This document shows positions 30,804 to 41,798 of a DNA stretch of 64,000 nucleotides, piece after piece; positions within the stretch are counted from its first letter, which is position 1, and every line of letters begins with the position of its first letter. Source of the DNA: Diplonema japonicum (taxonomy: Eukaryota > Protista > Euglenozoa: Diplonemea); NCBI GenBank assembly GCA_964019335.1, contig OZ025754.1, forward strand, positions 1 to 64,000, written 5' to 3'. The notes below the pieces were generated by a model. That model had not been told where the DNA came from. It made no database searches and was given only the letters and a program-made list of their open reading frames with translations. The position numbers were made by a program, and so were the translations under genes.

Positions 30804-33023
30804 TCATTTCGGGCTTTGGACGGGGCTTGGCGAGCGGCTGGAAAGCCTGTAAACCAAGGCCGTCTCTACTTTCGTCTTCTTTTCCTGCGCTTTCTTCAGC
30901 TTGCTGTTGAGGGTGTCGTTTAAGATCCGGTCGCGCCTGTCGGACACTGCGTCCACTCGTGCATCTTGGTCGCGTTTCTTGTCGGCAGCATCGTGTCTTG
31001 CATCGGTTCTTCTCATGAGGGCTTGTCGCTGTTTTTGTTCGAGGTCAGGGTGAGCCAAGGTGTTTTGTTGCTTTGATAGTTTTGCCAGGTTGTGTGTTCT
31101 CACCTCTGCTTGTTTTTGTTCCTCTCTCGCAGCTTTTCTCCGTGTTTCTTCTTTCAACGCTGCGACCCATTTCTGTTCCTTCACCAGTTGTTGCTGCACC
31201 AACACCCTGTGTGCTTCTTCCTCCGCTTCTTCCTTCCCACGTTGCAGGCAGGCTGTCTTCTGGCTAAGCAGGATCTGTTTATCGGTCCGCTCCTGTTTTG
31301 TAGCCCTCAGTATTTCGTCATTGTTGACCGCCATGGCCTTCACGACGGTCTCTATGTCTTTTTTCAGTTTTTTCTTAACGAGTTCGTGGTGCTTTGTGGC
31401 GTTCTGATCTTTTCGTTTGTTTCGTTCCTCGATGATCCTCTCTTGTTCCTCTTTTTCTTCGCGTTGCTGTGCCGCGAGGCGGCTTTCGGTGGCCTTGACG
31501 GAAGACAGAAGCAACTCCTTCTTGCGCGCCGCTTCCGCCTCGTGCAGTTTGAGTATCCTATCGACCCTCCCGTTGTATAGCTCGCTGTGCTCCTGTGCCT
31601 TCCCGTGCAGCTCGTCTCTTGTCTGCTGTTTGCGTCGGTCGAGTTCTTTCTCGCGGGCCATTCTTTTTTCCATCAGCATGTCTCTGCCGCTGTCTTCTCT
31701 GTTTTGTGTGGTGACGTGTTTCCCCTGCTTTGTGCTGTGTTCCTTTTGTGGTTTGGTTTCTTTGCCTTTTTTCTGTGTTTTTTGTTTCATGAATGCGCCC
31801 ATCTTCTGCACGCACTCGTCGTGCTTCCGCGATTTGTTCTGTTCCACGAGTTCTGTGAGCTTCTCCTGTTGGAGGTTCTCCTTTCTCCTTTCGGTGGCGT
31901 TGAGGTGGTTGTGGGTGCGCCTCTCCTGTGCGTCTTGTAGTTTTTTGTTCCAATCGTTTCGCTTTTGAGAGATCTTTTCGTGGTGGCTGCTCTGGAGGGT
32001 CGAGTGCCTGTCAGCGTGCTCCAGCTCCCAGTGGTACAGGACGGGGATCTTCTCCTCGTACTCCTGCCACGCCCGCTCGAATTCTTGCTGTTTGCGGTCT
32101 TCTTTTTTTTTCGCTTTCGTGCTGATCGTTTGAAAGCTATCATCATGGTCATGGTGCAAAATCGGCGGCGAAGGACTCCGAAGTGGCCGCGGGGGACCGA
32201 TAGTGCGGGCTGTACTGCGTTCCCTTCCTATGCTGTCCAGCATTTGGAGTTTTTTGTTGAGCTTCTGAGCTGCGGCGGCGGTGGCTTCCATGTGTTTCTT
32301 GGCAATGACCTCTTTGTTGCGTGCTATCCTGACGGCCTCGGGGTCTTCAGCGTGCTCGATTTGGTTAAGGATACTGGCAGCTTCCTTCTGCAGCAACTCT
32401 GTTTCGTTGCGCTTTCCTGTGCAAGCGAAGAACTGGTCCCTGAACTTCCCTTGCGCCGCTGTTTGAAGGAGCTTCAGTCCCGCGTGGCCGCCGCCCCGTT
32501 CGGGTAGCTCGCGTATTTTGCGTAGAGTGCTGGAGACGTGTCGGGTATTTTGTTGTTGCAGTTTTGCTACCATTGTCGCTTCGTTCTTCTGGGCTGCTTC
32601 GTCTGCTTTTTTGAGCCTTTCCAGCCCGATGGCGGCGGACCCCATGCTAGCTGTCTTTGCTCTCCAGATGCTCTTCTCTTTGCTCTTTTTGATTTTCTCT
32701 TTTTGCTTGCAGACGAGTTTCTCCAGCTTCGCGGTCTCCATCCTCGCCACCTCCCTCTCCCGCTCCTCCTCCTTGAGGGCCAGCAGCTCGTGTAAACGCT
32801 GCTTCTTGCTTGTCTGGACGTTAGTGACGCTTTGCTCGCTTTCCTGTGTGCTGCCTTTGATCTCGTCCAGTACCTTGTACAGCGACATGTCCATCTTGCG
32901 CTGCAGGAGCGGCTTAACACGCTTGCCTTCCTTTTCGTGAAACTTTTGCCATTTGAGGGGGAGGTGCACAATGTACTCCTTGTGCACTGCCTCTTCGCAC
33001 GCCACTCGTGCTCCCCCTGTCAT
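30804..33023 (-). CDS. Long coiled-coil protein
   Basis: 739-aa K/E/Q/R-rich ORF. Confidence 0.8.
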   Translation of the reverse strand: MTGGARVACEEAVHKEYIVHLPLKWQKFHEKEGKRVKPLLQRKMDMSLYKVLDEIKGSTQESEQSVTNVQTSKKQRLHELLALKEEEREREVARMETAKLEKLVCKQKEKIKKSKEKSIWRAKTASMGSAAIGLERLKKADEAAQKNEATMVAKLQQQNTRHVSSTLRKIRELPERGGGHAGLKLLQTAAQGKFRDQFFACTGKRNETELLQKEAASILNQIEHAEDPEAVRIARNKEVIAKKHMEATAAAAQKLNKKLQMLDSIGRERSTARTIGPPRPLRSPSPPILHHDHDDSFQTISTKAKKKEDRKQQEFERAWQEYEEKIPVLYHWELEHADRHSTLQSSHHEKISQKRNDWNKKLQDAQERRTHNHLNATERRKENLQQEKLTELVEQNKSRKHDECVQKMGAFMKQKTQKKGKETKPQKEHSTKQGKHVTTQNREDSGRDMLMEKRMAREKELDRRKQQTRDELHGKAQEHSELYNGRVDRILKLHEAEAARKKELLLSSVKATESRLAAQQREEKEEQERIIEERNKRKDQNATKHHELVKKKLKKDIETVVKAMAVNNDEILRATKQERTDKQILLSQKTACLQRGKEEAEEEAHRVLVQQQLVKEQKWVAALKEETRRKAAREEQKQAEVRTHNLAKLSKQQNTLAHPDLEQKQRQALMRRTDARHDAADKKRDQDARVDAVSDRRDRILNDTLNSKLKKAQEKKTKVETALVYRLSSRSPSPVQSPK

Positions 33024-33122
33024 CGTCCTGTCTTTTTGTCTTGTTTTGTTTCTGTTTGCATAGAGGGAATAGAAAGAAGAAGAAGAAAAAGAGGGGTGGT
33101 TGAAAAAAAATAGTTTTTTTTT

Positions 33123-33698
33123 TCATAGTGTACCCAGCAGAGATAGTCCCGTGGACATGCTTGATTTGTTCTTGGTAGTCTTCCCTCCCTTCGCCCCCTT
33201 CCCCTCCTTGCCTTTTTTGCCCCCTTTGCCCTTTTTATTGGCTTCCCCCTTGCCCGCGTGTTTTCCGCCCTTTCCGCCCTTCTTTCCCTTGTCTGATCCC
33301 TTCCGTCGTTTTGCGTGCTGTTCCTCTTCCTCTTCTTCTTCTTCTTCCGCTTTTCGTTTATTTCGTGCAGTTTGCTGTTTGGCGAGGAGAGGGACCGGGA
33401 TGGGTGTCGGGGTGGTAGTGGTAGCGTTCACTGTGAGGACTTCCCACATCATGCTCAGTACGCAAAGAAGTGCAGTGCACAGTCGAAGAGTCCTCAGAGT
33501 GTGCATTTCTTGTACGAGGCGATATGTGGCCTTTTTCACTGCTGACATGACCGCTTCCTGCTTGCTTTTGCTATTCTCTGCCAGACGGAGTACCCCGATG
33601 CAGCTCTTGTAGAAAGAGTGCGCACCGTACCCGGCTTTATGCGCCGCCAGGAGGCCTTTTAGTGTGGTTACCTCATCTTTCCACAGTGGGGTGTTCAT
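33123..33698 (-). CDS. Hypothetical protein with acidic run and KG-rich tail
   Basis: 191-aa ORF; may contain an intron. Confidence 0.55.
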   Translation of the reverse strand: MNTPLWKDEVTTLKGLLAAHKAGYGAHSFYKSCIGVLRLAENSKSKQEAVMSAVKKATYRLVQEMHTLRTLRLCTALLCVLSMMWEVLTVNATTTTPTPIPVPLLAKQQTARNKRKAEEEEEEEEEQHAKRRKGSDKGKKGGKGGKHAGKGEANKKGKGGKKGKEGKGAKGGKTTKNKSSMSTGLSLLGTL

Positions 33699-33817
33699 GT
33701 TTCAAAAGAATTTTAGTCGTGACTTTTTTTTTTCACATTGAAAAAAAAGGGGGGCTGGCTTTTTTTTTTTGATGAGTGGGGGTTTCAGAAAAAGGAAAAA
33801 AAAAAATCACACACTTT

Positions 33818-33853
<36 letters not shown>

Positions 33854-33942
33854 GATGAGACAACGTAAAAAAAAAATGGGGGGGGGAAGGGGGGGAAGAG
33901 GCAAGATATGAGTTCTCAGCTCATTTTATAAAAAAAAGAAAA

Positions 33943-34284
33943 TCACATCTTTTGCATGCCAAACCCACCGCCCTGTGGCACAGCGGGAGCACCCGCGGCC
34001 TCCATTGCTTGGTTCCGTTGCACCATTGCTTCGATCTGGGGGGGGGGGGGGTTCTTGTTTTTTTTCTCTCTTTTTTTTCCATACATTTTTTACGAACTCT
34101 TCGCTGATTTCCTCATGTGCTGTGTTCAGCCTACCTAAGCACCTCCTCAAGCATCCATCGTAAGGTTCCATTCGGTCTCTTTCGTATTTTTTTTTTTTTT
34201 TTTAAATTCACACCTCTTCCCTTTGGAGTGTGTCGCTTCCACAGCAGTGGCCATATCAAAGGTCTGGTGCACACAGACATCCTG

Positions 34285-34315
<31 letters not shown>

Positions 34316-34395
34316 GATACCCAGCACTTGTTTCTCACCGTATTATAGAAGGACTCCCCCTCATACATGGTGGCTACCTGGTCTAGATCTTCCAT
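33943..34395 (-). CDS. Small Tim-family (twin CX3C) mitochondrial intermembrane-space chaperone, 4 exons
   Basis: Spliced MEDLDQ...NKCW|DVCVH...KGKR|DRMEPYDGCLRRCLGR...KN|IEAM...MQKM*, using three GT-AG introns. Confidence 0.7.
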
Positions 34396-34991
34396 TTTTT
34401 TTTTTTGTTGCAAAATTGGGGACTTCTCCCTGGCCCCAATTCCTGTTGCATTTTGATGTTAGTTTTGTGGAGCGTCCGGCCAAGAAATGAAAAGCGGATA
34501 GAAGAAAGAATAATTTTGATGAGCTGGCTTTTTTTCTTTTTTCTTTTTTCTTTTTCTTCCTTCTTCTCTTCTTCCTTTCTGGTTTTTTATTGTATTTTAT
34601 TTTTTTCTTCTTTAGAAGTTTTTTTTTCATGTTTTTTTTTTTCTTTCTTTTTTTTTTTCTCCTGGTGTCTCCTCTTCGACTTTTATGTATTACTACTGTA
34701 CGAATGCTGGACTGACAAAATGTCAGAATTCTTTTCGGTGTCTGGGGATTTTGACCATTCCCTGGGATTCTTAAACGCCACTAAGAAAGTCTGGAAATTT
34801 GCCCCGGGAACATAATTAGTTTTCAGATTTTTTTTTTCTTTTTTTTTCTTTTTTTTGCCAGTCGACATTTTTTTCACAGCGTTTTCTTTTCCCTTTTTTT
34901 TTAAAAAAATTCTAAGAAGAGAGGACAACATTTTTGTAAGAAATAAGAAAAAAAAAACGAAGTTCGTTCTTTTTTTTTTGGCAAGCTAGGA

Positions 34992-35026
<35 letters not shown>

Positions 35027-35132
35027 GACATGCATGACAAACACACCCACCCTTATCACCCGCTTCCATCTTATTAAAAAGCAAAGGCCACGTGAGAAAA
35101 AACAAAAAGGGGGGATGTGGGGGGGACGGCGG

Positions 35133-35167
<35 letters not shown>

Positions 35168-35188
35168 GATTTTTTTTTTTCCCCCCAT

Positions 35189-38100
35189 CTATTCCGGGAG
35201 AGGTTTCGAGTGTTTCTTGGGAGGAGGCTTCTTCACGGCGACCTTAGCCGGCGGTCGGGGGTCAAAGTTGAATGTTGCAGTCTCCTTTTCCTTCTCTTTC
35301 TCCTTTTCCTTCTCTTTCTCCCGTTTGTTCCTGGCCTTCACCTCCTCCGCCACCGTTTTATTGAAGTGCTTCCAAAACTCGGATATATTGCTGAAAAAAG
35401 CAACTTCGTCAAAACCCGTTGCCTCGCCGTAACGAGCAGCAACAAGGTCCATCTGATCCTTCACATTATTGAACTTCTCCTCGAGAAACGCAAGAACAGG
35501 GTACTTCTCCTCAGAGAACCTCATCAAGGTGTCGAGCATACCATCAACAAGCCCATCATCTCTCTTTACAGAACTTCGCTTTTTTTCATCAATTGTACGC
35601 TTAATAGTCCGTAGCCCCTGGCCTAAGTGGACTACACCCTGCGACACTCCAGAAGTTGGGATCTGCACCTCTCCGATGGAAGCAACATCGTCCCACCAGG
35701 AAAGAAGCGAAGCCTGTCCCTCATCAAGGATCTTGTTGATGACAAATGATAAGAGGGAAGAATTCCCGTCTGCGGTTCTGCACAGGCAAATCGTTTTGAG
35801 GTCTTCCAATGTGAAGCCAGCTGCAGCTCCGTAAGATGTTCCCTCGTTCATCATGTTGCCGACAGTTAAGATAATGTGTAGGATGTCAACTAGCCTGTTC
35901 CCCTTAGCGAGCATCTCCCCCACTACAGTGTCCAAATGTTTGATCTCCTTCATCATCTCTTCCACATAGTTGTCAAACTCGTTCATGAAAACCCATGAGG
36001 CCATTCGCCTTTTCAGATCCGGGACCGTGTTCCCCACCACATCGACGAACTGTTCCACCGGGCCCCACGCCTCTACTATCTCCGGGTCTTCCTTCTCCCT
36101 GTTGATCGCTTTGAGTTCCTCTGCTTCCGGTAATATTTTAACGATCGACTCCAAATTGTCCTGCTGTATAATCTGACGGGGTTTGTTTTTTTTAAAATTT
36201 TGTTTGTTGAATTCCCAGCATACCGCGTGGTCCATTTCGATGAGGCCTTGCTGCAGTTCTTCTGTTGACAATCGCAGGAAGTTGAGAACCTGTGTTTTGT
36301 GTTTTTTTTTTTTTTTTTTTTTTTTTTTCCTTTCTTTGAAGCATACAATTCCGATGTTTTGCTTTCTCTGGGAAGAGATTGCGGTGCTTCTCTTCTTCGG
36401 CTTCTCGCTTTTCTCCTTGTCGTCCGCCGGCGCCTTCTTGATCTCGAAGGCCAGGCGGATCTCCTCCGCGACCGCCATGCTGTCGTACTTGCCTGCCTCC
36501 AGCCCCTCCCACAAGCTCCCGTTCACCTTTGCAGGCTTTATTTTCTTCCAATGGACGGTTCTCATTTTCGGGCCTTTCTTCTTCGGCACTCCTAACCCAG
36601 GCGGAGGAGGTGGGCCTCCAATACCAGGAGGCGGAGGTGGGCCTTTAAAGCCAGGTGGAGGTGGCGGCGGGGGACCCTTTCCTGCACCAGGCGGGGGCGG
36701 CGGAGGAGCACCAGGCGCAGGTGGAGGAGGCGCACCTGGCGCACCCGGTGGTGGAGGAGCTTTGCCGCTCGGCGGTGGTGGAGGCACACCACCTTGCTTG
36801 GAAGGTGGTGCCATGGATGCCTGACGAGTCCGCTTGGCATCTTCAAGCTGTTGCTGGAGCTCTTTCAAGGTTGCCTCAAGCTCCTTAACCCGTGTCTCCC
36901 CCACAGCGTTCCGCATCTTCGCGGCAGTCTCAAGCTTGAGCACCTGCTTCTGGAGGGCGACTGTTTTCTGCTCTAACTCCTTCTTCTCCACGGGGGTGGT
37001 CTTCTCCTGTTCCTGTTCATCATCCTCATCCTCTTCGGATGAGGACTCGTACCCTGTTTCGCTTGACTTGTCATCTCGGGACTCAAACGAACACCTTATA
37101 GGGGACGCGGTGAGCCAGCCTTTTTGCTCGATTTGATTAATCTCGAATTGGAGGGCAGCTGTGACGGTGGTCTCCAAGCTAGCTGTTAAAGATGTGCCTT
37201 CTACAGGGTTGGCTACAGCATGCGGCCGTATGGTGGTGTCGGAGGTCAAGTCGCGTAGTGTGCAGAGCGACCCGTCGTAGATGAAGTGCTCCTCACCGAG
37301 GGTGTCGGACAGCATCAAGACGGGGCGATCGGGTTCGTTGTCATGGGTGGTGATGGTGACACACTTCTTGCTAAGGTCGTGCACAAGATGCTTGCCCTCG
37401 AAGAAGAAAGCATCGCCTTGCTCCATCGAGAAGACAAGCTCCCCGGTGTCCGTGCATCTGACAACCTTTCCGGACAGCTTGTGCTTCAAGGAAAACCCTG
37501 TCGTGCCTTTTATCACGGGATCGTGGTAGTGTAAACCGGAGTCTTCCCGTTCTTTGCCTTTCGGCGATGCTTGCGTGCCCTCCTTCCTGCCGTATCGTAT
37601 GCTTTCCATGCATGCTTGGAGGGAGGCGAGTTCGTCAACGTCCTTGGGTTTGAAGCCCTTTGTTTCGGATTGTTTTTCGAATTCAAGGAAGTCGTACAAA
37701 AACTCGTTGATCTCGATCTCCTCGCCGTTGGGCCCGGAGAGCTTAAGAACCTTTGCAGCGGCGCCGGTTACTTGCCAGGATTTGCTGGATTCGACAGTGG
37801 CGGCAAGCCACATGTTAAGCTTGCTCATTCTTCGTGCCATGGCGTCTGAACGGTTCCATTTCCACGGTGCGAGCTTCCCTGTCAGAGGCGGGACGTTTGC
37901 CAGGCCGTAGTAGTTGACAAGGTTGGAGTGAAACCTTTCGAACTCCGTGTAGCGTTTCTGGAAGCTCCATGAGTGGGAGTGCCACTCCACGATTCCTTTA
38001 AACTCTGTGTGGTCATCAACCACTATGTGGTCCATCAAGAGGACAACAAACGGCATTTTCGCTATAGATTCGTTGGCTTCGGTGATGACGTCGTGGGAGC

Positions 38101-38491
38101 TGGTGTCGGAAATGGCTTCTTTTAAGGCTTTGACCCAGTCTTTTACTTCTGCGGAGGTTTGGCATTCGAAGGTGTATTTTACTTTGTGTTTGTCGGGGTT
38201 CAGGTTGGGTCCTTCCAGTTCGAACCTTCCCGGTCCCGTTGCTCGTGCTGTCGCGTCTGTTAAGTCCAGACACGCGATTTCCTTTTGGCAGCTTTCGTTT
38301 TCGTAGTATTTCAATGTGCCTCGAAGTGCCCAGAACCACCTCACATAGTCTTGTTTGAACATGCTCCCTCCGATTTTCTTCAGCCATCCCTTGTGGCCCA
38401 TGCCCGCTTGCTGTTGTAGTACCGCGTTTTCCGCCTTCACCCCCTCGATCGTTCGCTTGAACCTCTCCCAGTCCAACTCGTCATCTGGCAT
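35189..38491 (-). CDS. Formin with N-terminal PH and PX domains; in-frame introns 36173-36223 and 36290-36346
   Basis: PH (KGWLKK...RWF...WVKAL), PX (KRYTEFERFH...PPL), polyproline FH1, FH2 (VHWKKI, RKQNIGI, ILTVGNMMN...AAGFTL). Confidence 0.9.
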   Translation of the reverse strand: MPDDELDWERFKRTIEGVKAENAVLQQQAGMGHKGWLKKIGGSMFKQDYVRWFWALRGTLKYYENESCQKEIACLDLTDATARATGPGRFELEGPNLNPDKHKVKYTFECQTSAEVKDWVKALKEAISDTSSHDVITEANESIAKMPFVVLLMDHIVVDDHTEFKGIVEWHSHSWSFQKRYTEFERFHSNLVNYYGLANVPPLTGKLAPWKWNRSDAMARRMSKLNMWLAATVESSKSWQVTGAAAKVLKLSGPNGEEIEINEFLYDFLEFEKQSETKGFKPKDVDELASLQACMESIRYGRKEGTQASPKGKEREDSGLHYHDPVIKGTTGFSLKHKLSGKVVRCTDTGELVFSMEQGDAFFFEGKHLVHDLSKKCVTITTHDNEPDRPVLMLSDTLGEEHFIYDGSLCTLRDLTSDTTIRPHAVANPVEGTSLTASLETTVTAALQFEINQIEQKGWLTASPIRCSFESRDDKSSETGYESSSEEDEDDEQEQEKTTPVEKKELEQKTVALQKQVLKLETAAKMRNAVGETRVKELEATLKELQQQLEDAKRTRQASMAPPSKQGGVPPPPPSGKAPPPPGAPGAPPPPAPGAPPPPPPGAGKGPPPPPPPGFKGPPPPPGIGGPPPPPGLGVPKKKGPKMRTVHWKKIKPAKVNGSLWEGLEAGKYDSMAVAEEIRLAFEIKKAPADDKEKSEKPKKRSTAISSQRKQNIGIVCFKERKKKKKKKKKHKTQVLNFLRLSTEELQQGLIEMDHAVCWEFNKQNFKKNKPRQIIQQDNLESIVKILPEAEELKAINREKEDPEIVEAWGPVEQFVDVVGNTVPDLKRRMASWVFMNEFDNYVEEMMKEIKHLDTVVGEMLAKGNRLVDILHIILTVGNMMNEGTSYGAAAGFTLEDLKTICLCRTADGNSSLLSFVINKILDEGQASLLSWWDDVASIGEVQIPTSGVSQGVVHLGQGLRTIKRTIDEKKRSSVKRDDGLVDGMLDTLMRFSEEKYPVLAFLEEKFNNVKDQMDLVAARYGEATGFDEVAFFSNISEFWKHFNKTVAEEVKARNKREKEKEKEKEKEKETATFNFDPRPPAKVAVKKPPPKKHSKPLPE

Positions 38492-38570
38492 TTTTTTTTT
38501 TTTTTTTTTTTTGTGCTTCTTTTTTTTTTTTTTTTTGGTTTCATGTTTTTTTTTTTTTAAAAAAAATTAT

Positions 38571-39041
38571 CTATTGCATCTTCGGTTTGTTACGGGCTCT
38601 GTTGGTGCCCTTGATGAGCCGCCATGTCAGCAACATGGAGTTGATGGCGGCTACGAATATCCCTATGACGTGGCACAAGGTTTCTTGTGCCCCGGGGAGC
38701 ATGTTATCAGGGTGCTCGGGGTCGGGGTGTCCTACCAAGTAGACCGCCCTGATGGAGGTGATCTTTTCGGGAGGGTTGATGAGGATGTGGGCGGCGACCC
38801 ACGTGCACGCGCACAATCCGGGGATTTCTAGCCATCGTCCGAAAGGCTGGGGGATGGCCTTCCCGTTCCCCATCCACATCCCGTAAAAGGCGATGAACAG
38901 CCCCGCCACCACCCTCGCCGCAAAAACCTTGTACTCGTTGTAAACATACCAACACCCCCCTCCACCTGCACCGCAGATCACGCTCATCAGCAGCAAGCGC
39001 TGCAGAGTTGCGGGATTGTTTTTATAAGTCTTGCTGGCCAT
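38571..39041 (-). CDS. Hypothetical membrane protein (156 aa)
   Basis: ORF with about 4 hydrophobic segments and an A-rich leader. Confidence 0.65.
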   Translation of the reverse strand: MASKTYKNNPATLQRLLLMSVICGAGGGGCWYVYNEYKVFAARVVAGLFIAFYGMWMGNGKAIPQPFGRWLEIPGLCACTWVAAHILINPPEKITSIRAVYLVGHPDPEHPDNMLPGAQETLCHVIGIFVAAINSMLLTWRLIKGTNRARNKPKMQ

Positions 39042-39521
39042 TTTCCCTTTTTCCCTCTCTTTTTTTTTTTTCTTTTTTTTTTTTTTCTCGCCGATTTTAT
39101 GGTTACATTAAAGAAAAAAAAAAAAAAAAAAAAAAAAAAACAGCAACCCGGGAAGGGTGCGTTGTGTTCATTTCGAAGAAATAAATGCACGCTGCATCTC
39201 CGGCATGGCGGCTTGCCGGGATCCAACAAATGGATGCCATGTCACCAACATTGAGTTGCCCCCTTCGCTCGGCACAGGTGAACACGCAGAACGCTCCCGT
39301 CTACTAGCTGTAGGCCACAGAGAAGGCAGTGGAATGGTGCTCGCTGCAAAAAAAAATCCCTTCTTTCATTGCTTTTCGCTAATCGGGAGGTTCTCATCAT
39401 TCTTGTTTTTTTTTTTTTTTTTTTTTTTTTTCAAGCCTTCATCTTCTTCTCACCTGGTTATCTACTCCCATTCCATAGTGCTGCCTTCCTGAGAAAATTT
39501 CATTTTTTTTTTTTTGAACAC

Positions 39522-39554
<33 letters not shown>

Positions 39555-39736
39555 AGTAACCCTCCAATTGGTAATGGTGCCACACCCAAAGCCAAAGCAC
39601 CATAACTATCTTTTTTTTTTTTTCCTCGTTTTTTTTCCCCCCTTCCCTTTTTTTTCGCAGAGAGGACCTTCTTTAGATACAGCTCCATCATTTTGACACC
39701 GAAGGCCACGGGTGAAACAGGGTAAGGGGGCGGAAT

Positions 39737-39792
<56 letters not shown>

Positions 39793-40606
39793 CCTTTCTT
39801 CTTTCTATTTCTTAAGGAGGAGAGGGGAAGTCGGGGGAGGGGGTATTTTTCCCCCCCTTTTAAAAAATTTGTGTTGTGTTGTCTTTTCTTTTTTTTTTCT
39901 TTCTTTTTCTTTTTTTCCCCCTTTTGTTTTTATTGTTTTTTTTTTTTTTTTTTTTAAAAACCATTTAGCACAAAAAAAATATGAGTCATTTTAACTCCAG
40001 TTTCTGAATTTTCTCTAAAAAAAAAAACAGTAGCGAGAGTTAAGTAACGGCTCATTTCTTTTTTTTTATTTGCTAGAAAAAAAAGGGGGGGAAGAGTTGA
40101 AAACGGAGGCCGCTTGTATTCTTGCTACAGAAGAAAAAAAAAAAAGAAAGAAGAAGAAAAAAACTTCACCGTGATATGAGGAGAGAATAGGAGAAAGCAT
40201 AGCTAAGGGATATCTTGATTAGCAAAAATCCTTTTATTTCTTCTCTTTTTCAATAAGAATATAGGGTACACAATTTTTTATGGGGGGAAAAAGTTTTTCT
40301 TTCGAACTCCAAAGAGTTTTATGTTCAGCCACTAGTCTCACGAGGGCAGAAACAAGAATAAGAAGAAAAAAAAATGAAAACAAAGCCTGTGTGCAGTATC
40401 TTTAAAAAAAAAAAAATAAATTCTAGCAATAAAATAAAATAATAAAAAAAAAAACGTTTCCAATCAAAGCGAAGGGGAAGCCGACCGTTAAAAAATAAGG
40501 AAGGAAAAAAAAAAAATATGTTTTGCAGTAAGAGAGGGGAGGAATATTCCTTTTTTTTGACTAGAAAAAAAAAGGAATTCCCCCCCCCCCCCCCCCCCAA
40601 ATCTGC

Positions 40607-40665
<59 letters not shown>

Positions 40666-40747
40666 GACCGAAACCAACACGATCCCGGAAGGATAAAAAA
40701 CAAGGCATTTGAGAGGAAGGGGATGGAAGACGAAGGAGGAATCTTCA

Positions 40748-40981
40748 TCACGGAAAAGCTGCTGCTTTGAAGTAACTGTTGGTCTTCATAGTTGCAGGAA
40801 CAGCGTCCCTGGAGGGGGAGGGCAGAGGCCTTCTGAAGCAGAGGACATTCTTCTCAGGGGCGTGAACCATGTAGTGGTCCCAGCCAAGGGACTGCTGCAC
40901 ACCAAGACTGCGCCACTCGCTTTCAGCCATAATCCTGTTCGGGACCAACTTCTTGAGCTCCCTGGGGAGGATCACGTGCCT

Positions 40982-41019
<38 letters not shown>

Positions 41020-41109
41020 AAAAAAAAAACCTGTACTCACAAGTCTCATCTTCATATTTTTCGGAGTACTTGATACGTTCCCTGAAGGTGGAAATAGTAG
41101 CTTGGGCCT

Positions 41110-41144
<35 letters not shown>

Positions 41145-41216
41145 CCCTTCTCCCGCCCATACCGTCGCAGATCTAGTGCTTTCCAAGGGAGGGCCCTTCG
41201 GGAGCATCGAAGTCAT
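40748..41216 (-). CDS. CKS1: Cyclin-dependent kinase regulatory subunit, paralog B (2 introns)
   Basis: [18 protein letters not shown]|[26 protein letters not shown]|HVILPREL...[13 protein letters not shown]. Confidence 0.92.
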
Positions 41217-41371
41217 TTTTTTGTTTTTCTTCTTTTTCTTTCCTTTTTTTTTTTTTTTTTGGTGGCGAGAAAAAAAAAAGGGAAAAAAAAAAAAAAAAAA
41301 AAGTAGTGTTGTGTGTAGTAAGAGAGAACAAGAATAATTATTAACTTTCTTAAAAATTTTTTTTTCTTCAT

Positions 41372-41566
41372 TCACACCCCCGGATCTATATGTGTGCTGA
41401 GGTGTACACCTTTCCCCAGGTGGCTTTTCGGAACATCTGCAAACTCGGGTTTTTCATTTGGAAGATACGAAGACGCGCCCATGCGCTTGAACCCCCCCGC
41501 CCAGTGTATTTTCCCGTGTAAATTCCAAACATCGTCAGCCCCAACTTGGATGTGGCCATGGTCCAT
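41372..41566 (-). CDS. Small hypothetical protein (64 aa)
   Basis: MDHGHIQVGADDVW... high-complexity ORF after a poly(A) leader. Confidence 0.5.
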   Translation of the reverse strand: MDHGHIQVGADDVWNLHGKIHWAGGFKRMGASSYLPNEKPEFADVPKSHLGKGVHLSTHIDPGV

Positions 41567-41749
41567 TTTTTTTTTTTTTTGTTTACCTCTCTCTCCCTCC
41601 CCCCCACCTGTCTTTGTATTAAAAAAAAATCGTCTGTTTGACAAATAAAAAAAAGGTGAGAGGGGGGTTGGGGGAAAAAATTTCGGAAAAAAAAAAAAAA
41701 AAAAAAAAAAAAAACATCGGGAGGAAAAAAAAAAAAAAAAAATTCTATC

Positions 41750-41796
<47 letters not shown>

Positions 41797-41798
<2 letters not shown>

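Noticed and set aside
34420-34870. Possible small gene between the small Tim and the formin (similar cases at 39150-39720 and 60000-60400)
   Set aside because: No consistent spliced reading frame could be built by eye.
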